The position numbers and the translations under genes were made by a program. A stretch of 45,433 nucleotides of DNA, counting the filler, from Jimgerdemannia flammicorona (lineage: Eukaryota), in assembly GCA_003990765.1 (NCBI GenBank). It is 2 parts of 2 records of this genome, joined end to end, with 100 filler letters (N's around TTAATTAATTAA, not from the genome) between each part and the next. Parts side by side here need not be neighbours in the genome. Positions count along the whole stretch, not along the records: positions 22,769 to 45,433 come from RBNJ01001231.1; 1 more part is not named here. One strand, 5' to 3'. This document shows, piece by piece, positions 33,601 to 45,433 of the stretch. A model generated the notes under the pieces. That model was not told where the DNA came from. It saw only the letters and a program-made list of their open reading frames with translations, and did not search any database. Numbering within the stretch: the first letter of the stretch is position 1; each line of letters begins with the position of its first letter.

Positions 33601-36600
33601 AACCTGCTGCCCCAAAGCCCAAGAAGAAGTATACTCTGAAGACCATATCCAGAGACATCTACAATGAAGTCTGGTAAAAGATTCAAGAAGCCAAGATAGA
33701 AGTTCTGCAGTTTCTGTAACTAATACTAGCTGGAGTCTGAAAACAATTTGCTGAGAACCACCAGGTCTAGCACTGGCCAAGTTCCAATCCTATAGCAAGA
33801 GCCAGCTCCCACCCCTATCTAAGCTACAGAGAGATATGTCAGTACCTACCTATATAGAGATATTGGAGAACAAAAGGTGAAAATCCTTATAGATATAGGA
33901 GCAGCTATTTTTTTTTTTTTTTTTTTTTTTTTTCTTTTTTTTATAGTCACTCAGACTTTTATTTATTATCACTCAATCTATAAATAATACAACATATGTA
34001 CTCACAATCTCTCAGCCAATGCCTCTCAGATCCCTCTCCCTACTTGCCATCTCTCCCCACCAAAGGACAACCTAGCCACCTATCACCTGAACCCTCCCTC
34101 CACTTTTCTTACAAATACAATTCACCAGATTCTGACAGCCCCCCCCACCTGGTCCCCACCCTCTCCACCAACCATTCAAAATATCTAGTATTAGCTATTC
34201 TCAATGTGCTACCCTAGCTTCAATCACAACCTACTAGCTCTCCTCAAAGACATAAAGCCAATGACTGACCATCTTTACCCAAATTACCAGGGCCCATTCT
34301 AAGGTCAATCATTCATCTCCCACTCCACCCACTAACCTTTGTCAGAGGTCTCCCCATTTCTCTTCTTCCCTTCCCACTAGGGGTTACAATTCTAGCCTAC
34401 TAGAAATACTGTACCAAAACTCCTCCAAAACTTCACACTCCTCTAGCCAATATTCAGACATCTGTACCACTCCCCCCTCCTGGTCAATATTCATACATTT
34501 CTCACACTCAAATATGCCATCTGCCACCAAGTGCTCTGACTGATAGTTCAGCATCACATTTCACCTTAGAAACCTCTACTATACCACTCAGAACTTGGGG
34601 GGAAGTCAACATATCACCCACTTGCTCTAAGGCCAAATACCATTCCAATCTCACTCCTCACCAATCCCAACTCTCTGCCACACTTCAGGCCACATATCAC
34701 TCCCAAGCTCTCTCATATATTTCATTCTATCACTAAGCTAAAAGTTCTCCGCCAATGTATCTTCCAGTAATAGCTGGTTCTATCTCCACATCTATGGTCC
34801 CCAGTCCTCCTCCCCCTCATCACCCCTCTACCAAAGTCCAATTCTCCTTATACTATCCACCACTCCCTACCAAAAGTCTTTGTAATACATTCTCTTGCTC
34901 CCATCTATGGCCACCATTACAAACAGGTCACCAGTTGCTCCATAAGGAGAATAACAGACTTCCCACACTCTCTACATAAGTGGCACCCACTCTCAGCCTC
35001 TCAACTCACTCACTCTCTTCAGCCACCATACTCTCAGGTAGTATAGACACTTGGTAAAATCCACTAAACCCAATCAACCTCTGTTAACAGGCAGGGTCAG
35101 GACCTCCCAGCCTATCTGACTTCACTACCTGGCCCAAATCCATGATCTTGCCATCTTCAGAAGATACCCAACTACCCATACTAGAAAGTTCAGATAATAC
35201 CCTACATACTATAGCTTTGGTAGCCAATATATATTTAGCACTATCACCCTTCTTATTAAGGATAGATACTGACCACCCCACCTTAAAAAGTATTCTTCTA
35301 TACTAATAGTTGCTATTCCCACTATATATGGGGCAAAAGAGATCCATATACTGAGAAGTATATCCCCAAGTACCAGACCAGTTCTTCTGCTGGAACTACT
35401 GTTCCAATCACATTGCTACTAACAATTCCACCACTTAGCACCAGAGTCTCACACTTGTGCCAGTTGAGTCAAGCACCTGAGCCCCTCTCATATCATTCCA
35501 CAGTCCTCCTTAATTCCTCTATATCTACTAAAGAACTCAGTCCAACCACTATATTATCCACAAAAGCTTCAACCTTCCAGTTAATCTCCAAAATGTCCAA
35601 ACCTCTAATTTGGTGCTGAATCCTGTCTAATAGAAGCTTCAAGAAAAGGGTATATAGGATGGGTATCAAAGGATCCCCTTGTAGCATCTTACAACCCAGT
35701 GAAAAAGTCACACCTGCTTGACTGTTCTCCAATAGACTAATTAATGACCTTCTGAATACTGGGGAGACTCTCATATATTTCAGCACTCCTTCTAGCCAAG
35801 TCCTCCTCACTCTGTCATATGTCTTCTCCTGATCTAGAAATACTAACTAATCATCAACCCCAGCTGCCTGAGCCCCTTCAATCACTCCATAAACCCAGGC
35901 AGTCTTATCTCAGATCAACTGACTCCCAACAAATCTCCTCTGCTCTACTCCTAGTACCTGCTGAGCTATTCTCTGCAACTTAGTCACCAAGATCTTTATC
36001 ACTAGCTTGTAGTCTATATCAAGGAGTATGATCAGTTGCCAGTTCTTCCAATCTTCTCTTTTTCTCTTATTCTTATAGAGCAAGGAGACCAGCCCTAGAT
36101 GCTGGCCTCCAATCTAAGTTCCAAACTAAAGAACCTCACTATACATCACTGTTATCTCCTCTAATACTATCTCTACCCCAACCATTTTCTTCCAAAAATC
36201 CCAGAGAAGTCCATCCTCTCCTGGAGCTGTCCTCTTACTTATTGAAGCCAAGATCTTGCATACTTCCTCCCCCTGCACCAGATCTTCCAGCATCTCCAGG
36301 CCCAGTGCTGGGTCTGGATACCAATCCTCTAACTGATGTTCAATGTTCAGGGCATCCTCACCCCCTTCTGCTTTACTCTATAAATTTCCCCACAAGCTCT
36401 CAGCAATTCCAAAATCTTAGGGGTCCCCACCACCATCTCTCCATTCTCATCTAATATACCATCTCACTGCTATCTGGTCCTCCAAGCTTGGAGCAACTGT
36501 AAAAGGAATCTAGTGGGCCTCTCTCTCTCCTCCAACCTCTGCCACTACAGTCTTGCCACCACTCTCTTCAGCTGAATCTCTTCCTCCATCCATAGTACCT

Positions 36601-39600
36601 TCTTCAGCTCATCTACTTCCTTTTGTATCTATAGAATTTGCCAGTTAGCTGCCCTCCAATCCTCCAGCAATCCTGCCTATCTCCCCAGAAGTATTGCCAA
36701 TCTCTGTGAAGCTCATTGCACTCACCACCACCACTGAGCACTCCTTCCTTTCTCTGCCTCCCTCCAATACCGCCAGCAATCCCCAATTACCAATTCCTAC
36801 TCTTACCACTTACTAATCTTTTCAACAATTTCCACCTCTCAGTCTATCTATAAGGAATCATTCTCTAACAAAGAAGAATTCAGTCACCAATATCCAGGCC
36901 CATCCCCACTTCCCCCAAATCTCCCACTATCTATCAGACCTCAGTGATCCAACCACAGACACCAAATCACCTCTAACATGTCCCAGACATCCACTCCCCA
37001 ATACTCTGCCATTAACACTCAGTTGATCCTAGAGTCCAGCCCTGCAATCCAGTGGGTATAAATTTGGTGATCCACCCAGTACTGTCACCCTGAGTCAACC
37101 AAGGAGCTCACTCTCTCAACCTCCATCCAATCATCCAATCTGCCACTTCTATCTCTCATTCCTCTCCCTCCATCAGTCCTGTCTATTCCATTATCATGCA
37201 CTATGTTAAAATCACCCTCCAGATAGTCAATTCCTGCCTCACCCATAACCCCAGTCTCTCTCAGATCTCTAATCCAATCTACATATTCCCCCCTCTCAGC
37301 TAGGCAATAACATGACCCAATAGTCAAAGGGTTCTATCCAGGCCTTTTTCATACTCTCCACACTAATCTACTCCCCCAATGTCCAATATTCCCAATGTCC
37401 CCCATCTCCTTTTGAATCAGAATATCCACCTACCCAGTCCACACAGCTGCCCCACCCCATTTGCTAGTTCAATTCTATAAGTCTACATCCACCTCATACC
37501 ATACATCCTGCAGTAAGAAGAGATCTGCATCCAGTCCCCTCAGTCAGCCAAAGATGTTCCTTCACTATACTGCTCTCCTCAACCCATTCATATTCAAAGA
37601 AAATATTCTAGTTGTACTATTCATATTGAAAAATGTTAGATATTGAAAGCCCAGTCTAGAATTCCATACTCATCTTGTCATCAGCCAGATCTATATACTG
37701 CTCTGCCTCCAACTCATCCTCTGCTACAGCCTGAGCATCTAGTGCTTTCAAGATTTCCTGATACTCTACTCTGTCCACAATCACCATTTCCACCTGATAA
37801 TCTATACATACTACTCTCCACTTCTCCACCCTCTTCCTCAAGCCTTACAAGTATACCATCCAGTCATTTGCAATCCCCCTAAGGGCCTTCTCCCTCTGAT
37901 TGTCAACTTGATATTTCTTAGACTCCAAGAGCACTACCAGGATCTCATTTCTAATCTTTCTCAGCACCTCCTCCCCATGAAGGATTTCCTCCCAATATCT
38001 ATCACTTAGTACCTAAAAGTTCTCTCCCCCTAGCTCCTTAGCTACCACTCCCTCCAGAGTCTTCCACAGCCACTTCTCTTCATCCACCACCTTGGCAACA
38101 CTCTGAGTGACTCCTTCCACCCTTACCACAGGGTCCACCAAAGTGCTCCTCCTCTCTGACTCATCTCACTCCTCTTTTAGTACATCTAGTAGTTCTTTCT
38201 CTCCCCCTGCCCCACTTGGGACATCATACTGAGGATATACTTCCTCCCCCATTTCTGCATCCTCTACTATACCACTCTGTCCCTCCTCTCTCAATTCACC
38301 CTGGACTGAATCCTGAGCCACCTGGTGCTCCCTAGCCCAGATGCTCTCCCTCAGTCCAGCACCACCTTCTCCCACTCTGCTACCTGCCACACTCTCTCCC
38401 AGCTTCTCTAATAACTCCTTCTGGATTCGCCTCCCCTGCACCTTCTCCCAGGCCACCTTGTCTATCCTGATCCACTTTCTATCCATAATCTCCACCACTG
38501 TCTTGACTTCATACTCCTTCTAAGTCAGTCTCCTTCTCTCAACTGCTTCTGCCAGATCCTCAAGAGCCTCCAGCAAGTCCTTCTCTCCTTTGGCATCCCT
38601 TTCACCCATGAGACCTTGCACTCAACTGGATCCTACTTAAGAATTGTAGGCCAGTCCCTCATCTTCCCTATATTCTCTCTTCTAGCCAGTCTCACCCTGA
38701 CATCAACATCTCCTGTCCAGAGTTCAGTACTCTCTCAGACTCTGAACCTGATATCTATGATCTTCCCATACTCCTTGACCACCTCCACAATCAGCTCCCT
38801 AGCTCTCTCTCTTGATACTATAGGAAAATCCAGCACTGTCAGCTATACTACTCAGGGGTCCCAGTGTATACACCTGGTCATAGAAACCACTACTCTGCCC
38901 CCTTCTTCATGGCCTTCAACAATGATACCTCTTCCTCAAATCTAACCTTAACTCCTTCTTTCCCCTTCAAGAACTTCACCAAAGCTGCCCCCTTCACTTC
39001 CTGTACCACCAACTCCAAAATTATCCTTATAGTTACTGCCAAGTCTTGGAAGCACAATGTAATAGTGAATTCTGACCTCAACTTCTTGAGTAATGGTGCC
39101 AACACTATGCCCATCATGCCATCCATCAGGTCCCTGGGCCTCATGCCCTCTCTCTGTCATAATCTACCAACAACTGTCACATCTGGATTTTTTTTCCAGA
39201 TCCCCAGTCACAGCTCTATTAGCGGTCACATCTCTAGCCCTGACTACTCTCCCCCCTCCATACTGCCTGACCCTCCCATGGGGGCCCCTTCCTGTCCCCC
39301 AACTGTAGCCTTTGGTGTCTTCCCCAGCCCCAACCAACTATCCAGACCTGCTGCCATTCTCCCCATCTTGATCTTATCAGCAAAGGTTATCCTCTTCTCT
39401 TCTTGATTCCTCAATCTACCCCTCTCCCCACTACCAATACTGTAACCAACCATAGAAGGCTCTGGCATCCCCAAACCATCTCTCTGTCTCCTTTCAACAT
39501 ACTGCCAGTCAAAGGCACTGCTGTTCCTTTGGCCAATATGCTCACTAGTACAGTTATTGCTATCTATATTGTTAGTCTCCTTTTACCAAAAATATTACAG

Positions 39601-40400
39601 AAAGTGTTATCTGAGTCTTGTATTATCTGAATGTTACTAGTGAAAGATAGTATATAGGAGCAGCTATCTGTATCATTGCCAAATAATTCCTGGATACTCT
39701 CCAATGACTCATTGATGGACTATCCAACCTCAGCATCATAGTAGTAGATAGAGCCTGAACTCAACTCTTTGGAGAAGTACAAAACATCACCATCTCTTTT
39801 GAACATATTTAGTTCTCTATCCCAAAAGCTATTATTACTAAAGCTATCATCTATAATATAATCCTTAGCACCAACTAGATGAAGGAAATGAATACAGTTA
39901 TTGATATTAGTCAATAAGTTCTCAAGTTTGACTACTGAGGTAAGAAGTATAGAGTTAAGGTAATCAGCTATAAGTAATCAAAGAAGAAGAAAAAGGTCAT
40001 CATCTAGGAAGAATATACCAGTAGTAAAGAGTCTACTATAGAAGAGAAAGAATCTGAAAATGGAAATAATCTCAGACTTAATCCCCAAATCAACTTAGTA
40101 GATAACAGACCAGAAGATAATGTATGGGTCAGAAATACTATCTTCATCACTATTGGAGTCATTGTAGGAGAAATTAAAGGATGCCCCACTTATATCAAAA
40201 GATACAAATATCTTAAGCACTCCTCCAAGATCATTGGAACAAGGAATTCACCTGGTACAGCCTGCCCTAAGTGTAGAAAAAAGAAGAAGAAATACAGATA
40301 TGTTTCAGAGACACCTGTAGCCAAAGCTGCAGAAGTATAAGTAATCTGGAATCAAGAATTATCCAATAAAGAAGAAACTCCTAAACAGGAGATTACAAGT
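30680..40400 (+). mobile_element. degenerate Ty3/Gypsy-like element (LTR core near 30690-30820, gag about 31700-33680, protease split by a LINE)
   Basis: Gag reads PIFAEYPDEDPREFLDKIEG. Protease KILIDIGAAI (about 33880-33908) resumes at 39652 as IGAAICIIAK...GEVQNITI...YNIILSTN*M. Limits are approximate. Confidence 0.8.
33909..39651 (-). mobile_element. full-length L1/Tx1-like LINE (ORF1; ORF2 APE-RT-zinc finger; poly-A), degenerate, 16-bp TSD
   Basis: TSD ATATAGGAGCAGCTAT at 33893-33908 and 39652-39667. APE motif EGDFN; RT motifs QGDPLIPILY and AFVDN (decayed FADD); poly-T from 33909. Confidence 0.95.
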
Positions 40401-40419
40401 TTGCCTTGATCATCTAAGT

Positions 40420-42800
40420 ATAAATCTGATGGTAGAAGCTTTTTGGAATTTTATTAGCAGCTTGGCTCATATAGGTTAAAGCTTTTTATACTTCCTATTG
40501 ATGCTCAAGTCTATTGAACTAAGTGTAGAGCTAAGCCTTATGGATATTATATCTATCTATATAGTCTCTATTTACTCAAAGGTTGTTGGCTTATTCTATT
40601 CTATAGATATCTTCTCCAATTTACTTTACTTAGTTATACTTCTATAGAGCAGAATCTCTCAGAAGTGATTTTTTGATTCTGAGCTTTCTCTGGACATCTT
40701 ACTGCTTGATTACTGCTTATACTTCAATTTCTTCAAGAAATTCCTTGATATCTTCACTGTCTGTATTATGGAATTTCTAAAGATAGCTTATATCTGGTTC
40801 AAATTTGCTATCTGAGTTTAGTTCTGGAGTAGAGTTTCTTAATGATTCTTGAGATAGAGATAGTAAAGATACTTGATGAGCTAGTGATACTAGCAAAAGA
40901 TAGTATCTTAGTGAGGATATAGAGAGTCTGATCCTTTTAATTAAAGCTGGAGTAGAGGTTCATAATAGTAATAGTTCTCTAACTAAGTGATATGTAGTGA
41001 TCACTAAATGCTAAAGTACTAAGAGAGCTAGAGCTTCTTGTCTCTTAAGGATAGTATTAGAGTGTAAAGGACCAAGGTACTGAGGTTCTGGTAATTGAAA
41101 TAGGACTGATGTAGCTAATGTTTAGTTTGTCTGTCCCTTGCTATTAAGAAGTAGTAGAGTTCTGTTCATCTTATCAAGAGTCTATATTATTGTCTAAATA
41201 GTAATAGAGATTGAATTTATCTCTTAGATAGTCTGATTGAATTTTCTAATTATCATCTTCTTTTTGTTCTAGAAGGTAAGAATAGTAGTCTTCTTCTTCT
41301 TTAGATGTTTCAAAATATATTTGATCTAGTGGTATGGCTCAGGTGATGACAGTAGTAATATTTACTTCTGTCTGAATCTCTTCTGTAGATTAGGGTCTGG
41401 TATTCTTTAGAAAAATCTTTTTCTTATTCTGAGTCTCAGGTCTGGATAGACTCAGGTTATCCTCTGAGTTATCTTCTTTCTCTTGAGGTTAAACTATAAT
41501 CTAAGTTATTTCTTTCTTTTAACTTAGTTTCTTAACTACTAGTTCCAAATAGAGTGAGAGCTGTTTTGATAATAGTGTGGACTTCTCTTCCTAAAGTAGA
41601 CTGTTATTGGCTCTGATCTTATTGCTGACTAGTTTCTCCTAAATTCTCTACTATAGATAGCTGCTGAGTTTTTGAGCCAAATGGTCAAGTCTTTAGAAAC
41701 CTTTTTCAGTTAAGCTTCTAAAATATAGTATGTGATTTATATGTCTAGTTTGCTAATATAAATAGTTCAATATACTACTGATTATTTATATACTATTTAT
41801 CTCTTTATCTACTAACAATATTCTGGCTTAATGTTTACTTTAACTGCTGTTCAATTTGTTTATATTTGTATACTTCAAGTTATTGATCATATGACTGATC
41901 ATTTATATACATATTAAAAGAGTAGTCATTTGTATTATATATTGTTCTTAAGTTTCCTGGTGAGTTGGTAATTCTCACATTGTCCTTGAGTTTCCTGGTA
42001 GTATTCTGATATTTCCTAGGTTTTATATTCTAATAGTAGTTATTTTCTTATCTAACTATAATAGTATTTTCTTACTTGATAGGTTTTATTACTAATAGTA
42101 GTTTTTCAGATAGTTTCAAGTGGTAAGAGTGATTTATCTTCTCAATCTCTGAGCTTTGTGCTCTAGATAGATATATTGATCTCTAGAATAATTCATTCTT
42201 TGTATCTTAAAGAAGTGGTCTTGATCTTGTATCTTGAGTTTTATAATGATTTTTATAGTATTATTTATAAGAGTAAATTCCTTCAGTTTATAATAACTCT
42301 TATTTCTATCTCTCTCTTATCCTTTAGATACTGAGAGAAATAAGGTATTACTTAGAGACTTAGTATACAATATATACCAAGAAGCCTTCAGTATGAGAAA
42401 GTACTTATTTAAAAGTAGTTATAGCAGTAGTGCTCTTCTTATTAACCTTGGTTGTAAGGAACTTGTTCTTTACTGTACACAGACTGAATTTGCCTTGGAA
42501 TTCAGGTTCAATGGGTTTACTTAAGTCTTTGTGATTTATATACCAGTCTCAGTTCTGGCAGAAGTTAGCTAGATTTCTGAAGTTTAATCAGAAATACTAG
42601 AGTTACTTAAGTGTCATTACTAAAACTCAGAAAAAATGTGTATGTATAGAGGGAACTTGATTCTTGTATCAAGGACTGAACTAAAACTGCTTTATTTTGG
42701 ATAGAAACTGGGGGGTATTTATACAAGTTGGTCCACAATTTCTAACTAAGTATAAGTGACTAATTTGGTAACTATGGTGAGGTTTATGATTGCAACCTTT
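40420..42800 (-). mobile_element. third, strongly mutated Ty3/Gypsy-like gag/LTR relic
   Basis: Minus strand KFHNTDSEDIKEFLEEIEV*AVIKQ*DVQRKL near 40660-40780 parallels the gag at 32350. A TATA/AATAAA LTR-like core lies at about 42690-42725. Confidence 0.6.
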
Positions 42801-43039
42801 GTCAGGTGGTTTGTGATCAAAAACACTTTGTGATCAGGACCTCTATTGCTAGGCAATTATTAGCATTTCTACAGCACTGGTTGCTGTGGCGCCGATTACT
42901 GGGGATAAGCTGGATATCGTTTATTTGCATCATTCGCATTGTTCGCATCGTTCGTTATGTCGTGCTCGATCGTGATGTCATCGCCGGGTCACGTGATCGC
43001 TCTTCGCGTCTCGTCTGTTTGCTCGTTCGTTCGCTCGTT

Positions 43040-45433
43040 CTATTACACAGCTCTTGGAGTCTTTTTTCCAAAGTTCTTACACTCAACTTCCTTTATATTT
43101 CAGAACTAATTGACTGAGGTTTATTCACTACAGATCAGGGATATTTATATAACTTTCAGACTATGTATAAGGCTAGATAATTAGTTATAACTCCCAATTA
43201 CATACTAGAAGATACTATTTAGTACACTTTTGGAATTCAGGTGATTAACTAACTAGATAAGGCTAATTTTATATTTATGATGAATTTAGCTAGTTAATAT
43301 GCAGTCACTGTACAAATAACTAACTTACTCAATTTGGCTAATAGAGTCATCCTCTTTTTTTGTTTAATGGACATAATAGAGTCATCCTTATACATCTTAA
43401 AATTTAATATAACTGAGATTATATCATTCTCATCTTTCTTTTTATTTTCTTCAAGAAGTTTGGCCAAATCATTTTCTGCATCTCCCACAATTGTACTGAG
43501 GTCAGTAGTGGGCTCTGGGAGTGAGTAAAGGAAGTTATTAATATTATCTTTTAATAAAATAAGTAGGTTGCTATTATTCTCTAAGTTATCTAAACAGGTA
43601 ATGTCATTAAAGAATATAAGATCATTCTGCTCTTAAGGTCTCTAATCAATAGTGAGGTCATCCACAAAGTAGAGAACATCTGTGGAATTCTGAAGATAGC
43701 AGACTCTCAAGGGAGGGTCTTAAAATAGTATAATTAGACTATAAATAAATTAATCTAGATTGTGTTCTAAGATAGAGTTTCAAAGGTCTTAAACCTTATT
43801 ACTCTTAACTGTGATAGTAGATTGGGCCTCTTCTGTAACCATTTCTTCAAAATGGTCTATATAGCAGCTTATCAGTTTTTAGATATCAGAGACTTTGACA
43901 TAGTCTAGATTAGGAATAGCTCAGAGTATATATCTGAAGATCTGATGAACTCTTTTGACTAATTTCTATTTATACTCATCTATATATATAGTGTCTGCAA
44001 TTTCTTGAGAGCTGGCTTGAGTAAATTCTTAGTGGAGATATGTAATGTCTTATCTTGTATTCTTACTATATCCAAAGATACTCAGCAGTAGTAGTGATTC
44101 TTGTCTCTATTTCTTAGTAGTTGAGAGTATAGTAATAGAGATCTCTTATATAGAGATTTAGACTAGGGGTCCTTTTTGTACATAATCTCATTATTCTCTT
44201 GATATTAGTGAATATCTAGAACTGATGGACCTGGGTAACTTCTTGATCTTACTACTTAGTAAATAGTAGGTATTTTATTTTATAGTAAGTCTCTTATTTA
44301 TAGTTGATATTTGTACTTCTTCTATTGATACTTCTTTTATATCTTGAGGGTCTTCTCCTTTAGTCTAGAGAGTAGAGTCACCTGACTAGTAGTAGTATAT
44401 CACTAGAGTCATTATGAGTCATTATGAGTTCAGATACAAATTATTTTATAATTAAGATAAGTTATAATTGAGTTATAATTTGCAACTAGTGACTTATAAA
44501 GTCAAGAAGTCTTCTGAATTCTAATATCACTGGTTTCAAAGATATTGTCAAACTATATTATAATAAAACTATATATGAATAAAATTAATATATTACAGAT
44601 AATTAGATATAACTATTAGCTCTAAGTTCTGAGTTCTGTAAGAAAGTATAAGTTTTAAATATCTATATAAAGAGATAAGTTCCTTCTTTATATTAGAAAG
44701 TAGATCAGAGTAGAAAGAGAATAAGCTCACAACTTCTAATAGTAGCTCTCAGTAGGTATTCCTTCTAAGTATTATGTATAATTCTTTTTGAATTAAGTAG
44801 CTCTCAGTAAGTATTCCTTTTAAGTATATCAGATAATTGACTATTGACTGTTGCTTTTCTTCAGCTTTCAGACTGAGGTTTATTTACTTAAATCTTTAAG
44901 ATATTTATATATATTAAGGCTAAAGCTAAATATAATATACTAGATATATATATCTATATATAACTTCTATATTGGAAATTTCATTATAATTTCTATTAAT
45001 ATTTCTATTGATAATTTTTAGTAACTTATTGTTATATAATAAACTATTATATTCTTTCCTTTTTTGTTAAATATGATAAATTTCTTATATAGTTTTATTA
45101 TTAAGTTTATCAAATTTCTCTTAGCTAATATCTACTTATTCATAATTCTATTAGCTTCTTCAGCTTAGTTCTAAAAGATAGCCAGGGTGAAGATATTCTT
45201 TAATTATTACTAATAATATTAATATATTGACTGAGTTTTCTATAGAGTGTCACATAGTGGTTGCTGAGTCCTTCAAATACGCCAGATTCTCTTCAAGGTA
45301 TATCTCTTAGACTAACTCAAGTTGTTATAAGCAAGTTCTTATTGGAGTGCCTTCCCAAGGTCTTATAGTCCTCAAACTTCTTATCTTTAACTGTCTTGTT
45401 ATCTCTTAGATTACTTGCAAGGAAGTGTGTGTA
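43040..45433 (-). mobile_element. further LTR relics and decayed element sequence
   Basis: LTR core motif CTGAGGTTTATT..CT...GATATTTATA near 43114 and 44873, as in the LTR at 28480. Almost no CpG and no long ORF. Confidence 0.55.

Overview
Repeat-rich window from an intron-containing eukaryote. Gene families and short GT-AG introns suggest an early-diverging, Mucoromycota-like fungus (inference). It is two contigs joined by an artificial N44-TTAATTAATTAA-N44 linker at 22669-22768. I found no clearly intact housekeeping gene and no rRNA, tRNA or CRISPR array. The left contig holds decaying effector- and defence-type genes: an ankyrin fragment, two paralogous small secreted Cys-rich pseudogenes, an intronless bacterial-type caspase pseudogene with a repeat-encoded tail anchor lying head-to-head with a kinase-LRR pseudogene, and a multi-exon Crinkler-type PD-(D/E)xK nuclease gene. 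It also has a TIR-bounded Fanzor (TnpB-like) remnant with a candidate omega-RNA end, L1/Tx1-like LINEs, a PIF1/Helitron fragment and a Sola-like relic. The right contig is nested transposons: a TET/JBP dioxygenase pseudogene apparently inside an element whose hAT-like end interrupts the dUTPase of a Ty3/Gypsy element, a nested pair of palindromic MITEs (8-bp TSD), a full-length LINE with a 16-bp TSD in a Ty3 protease active site, and heavily C-to-T mutated LTR relics. All protein family calls come from manual translation and motif recognition, not database searches.
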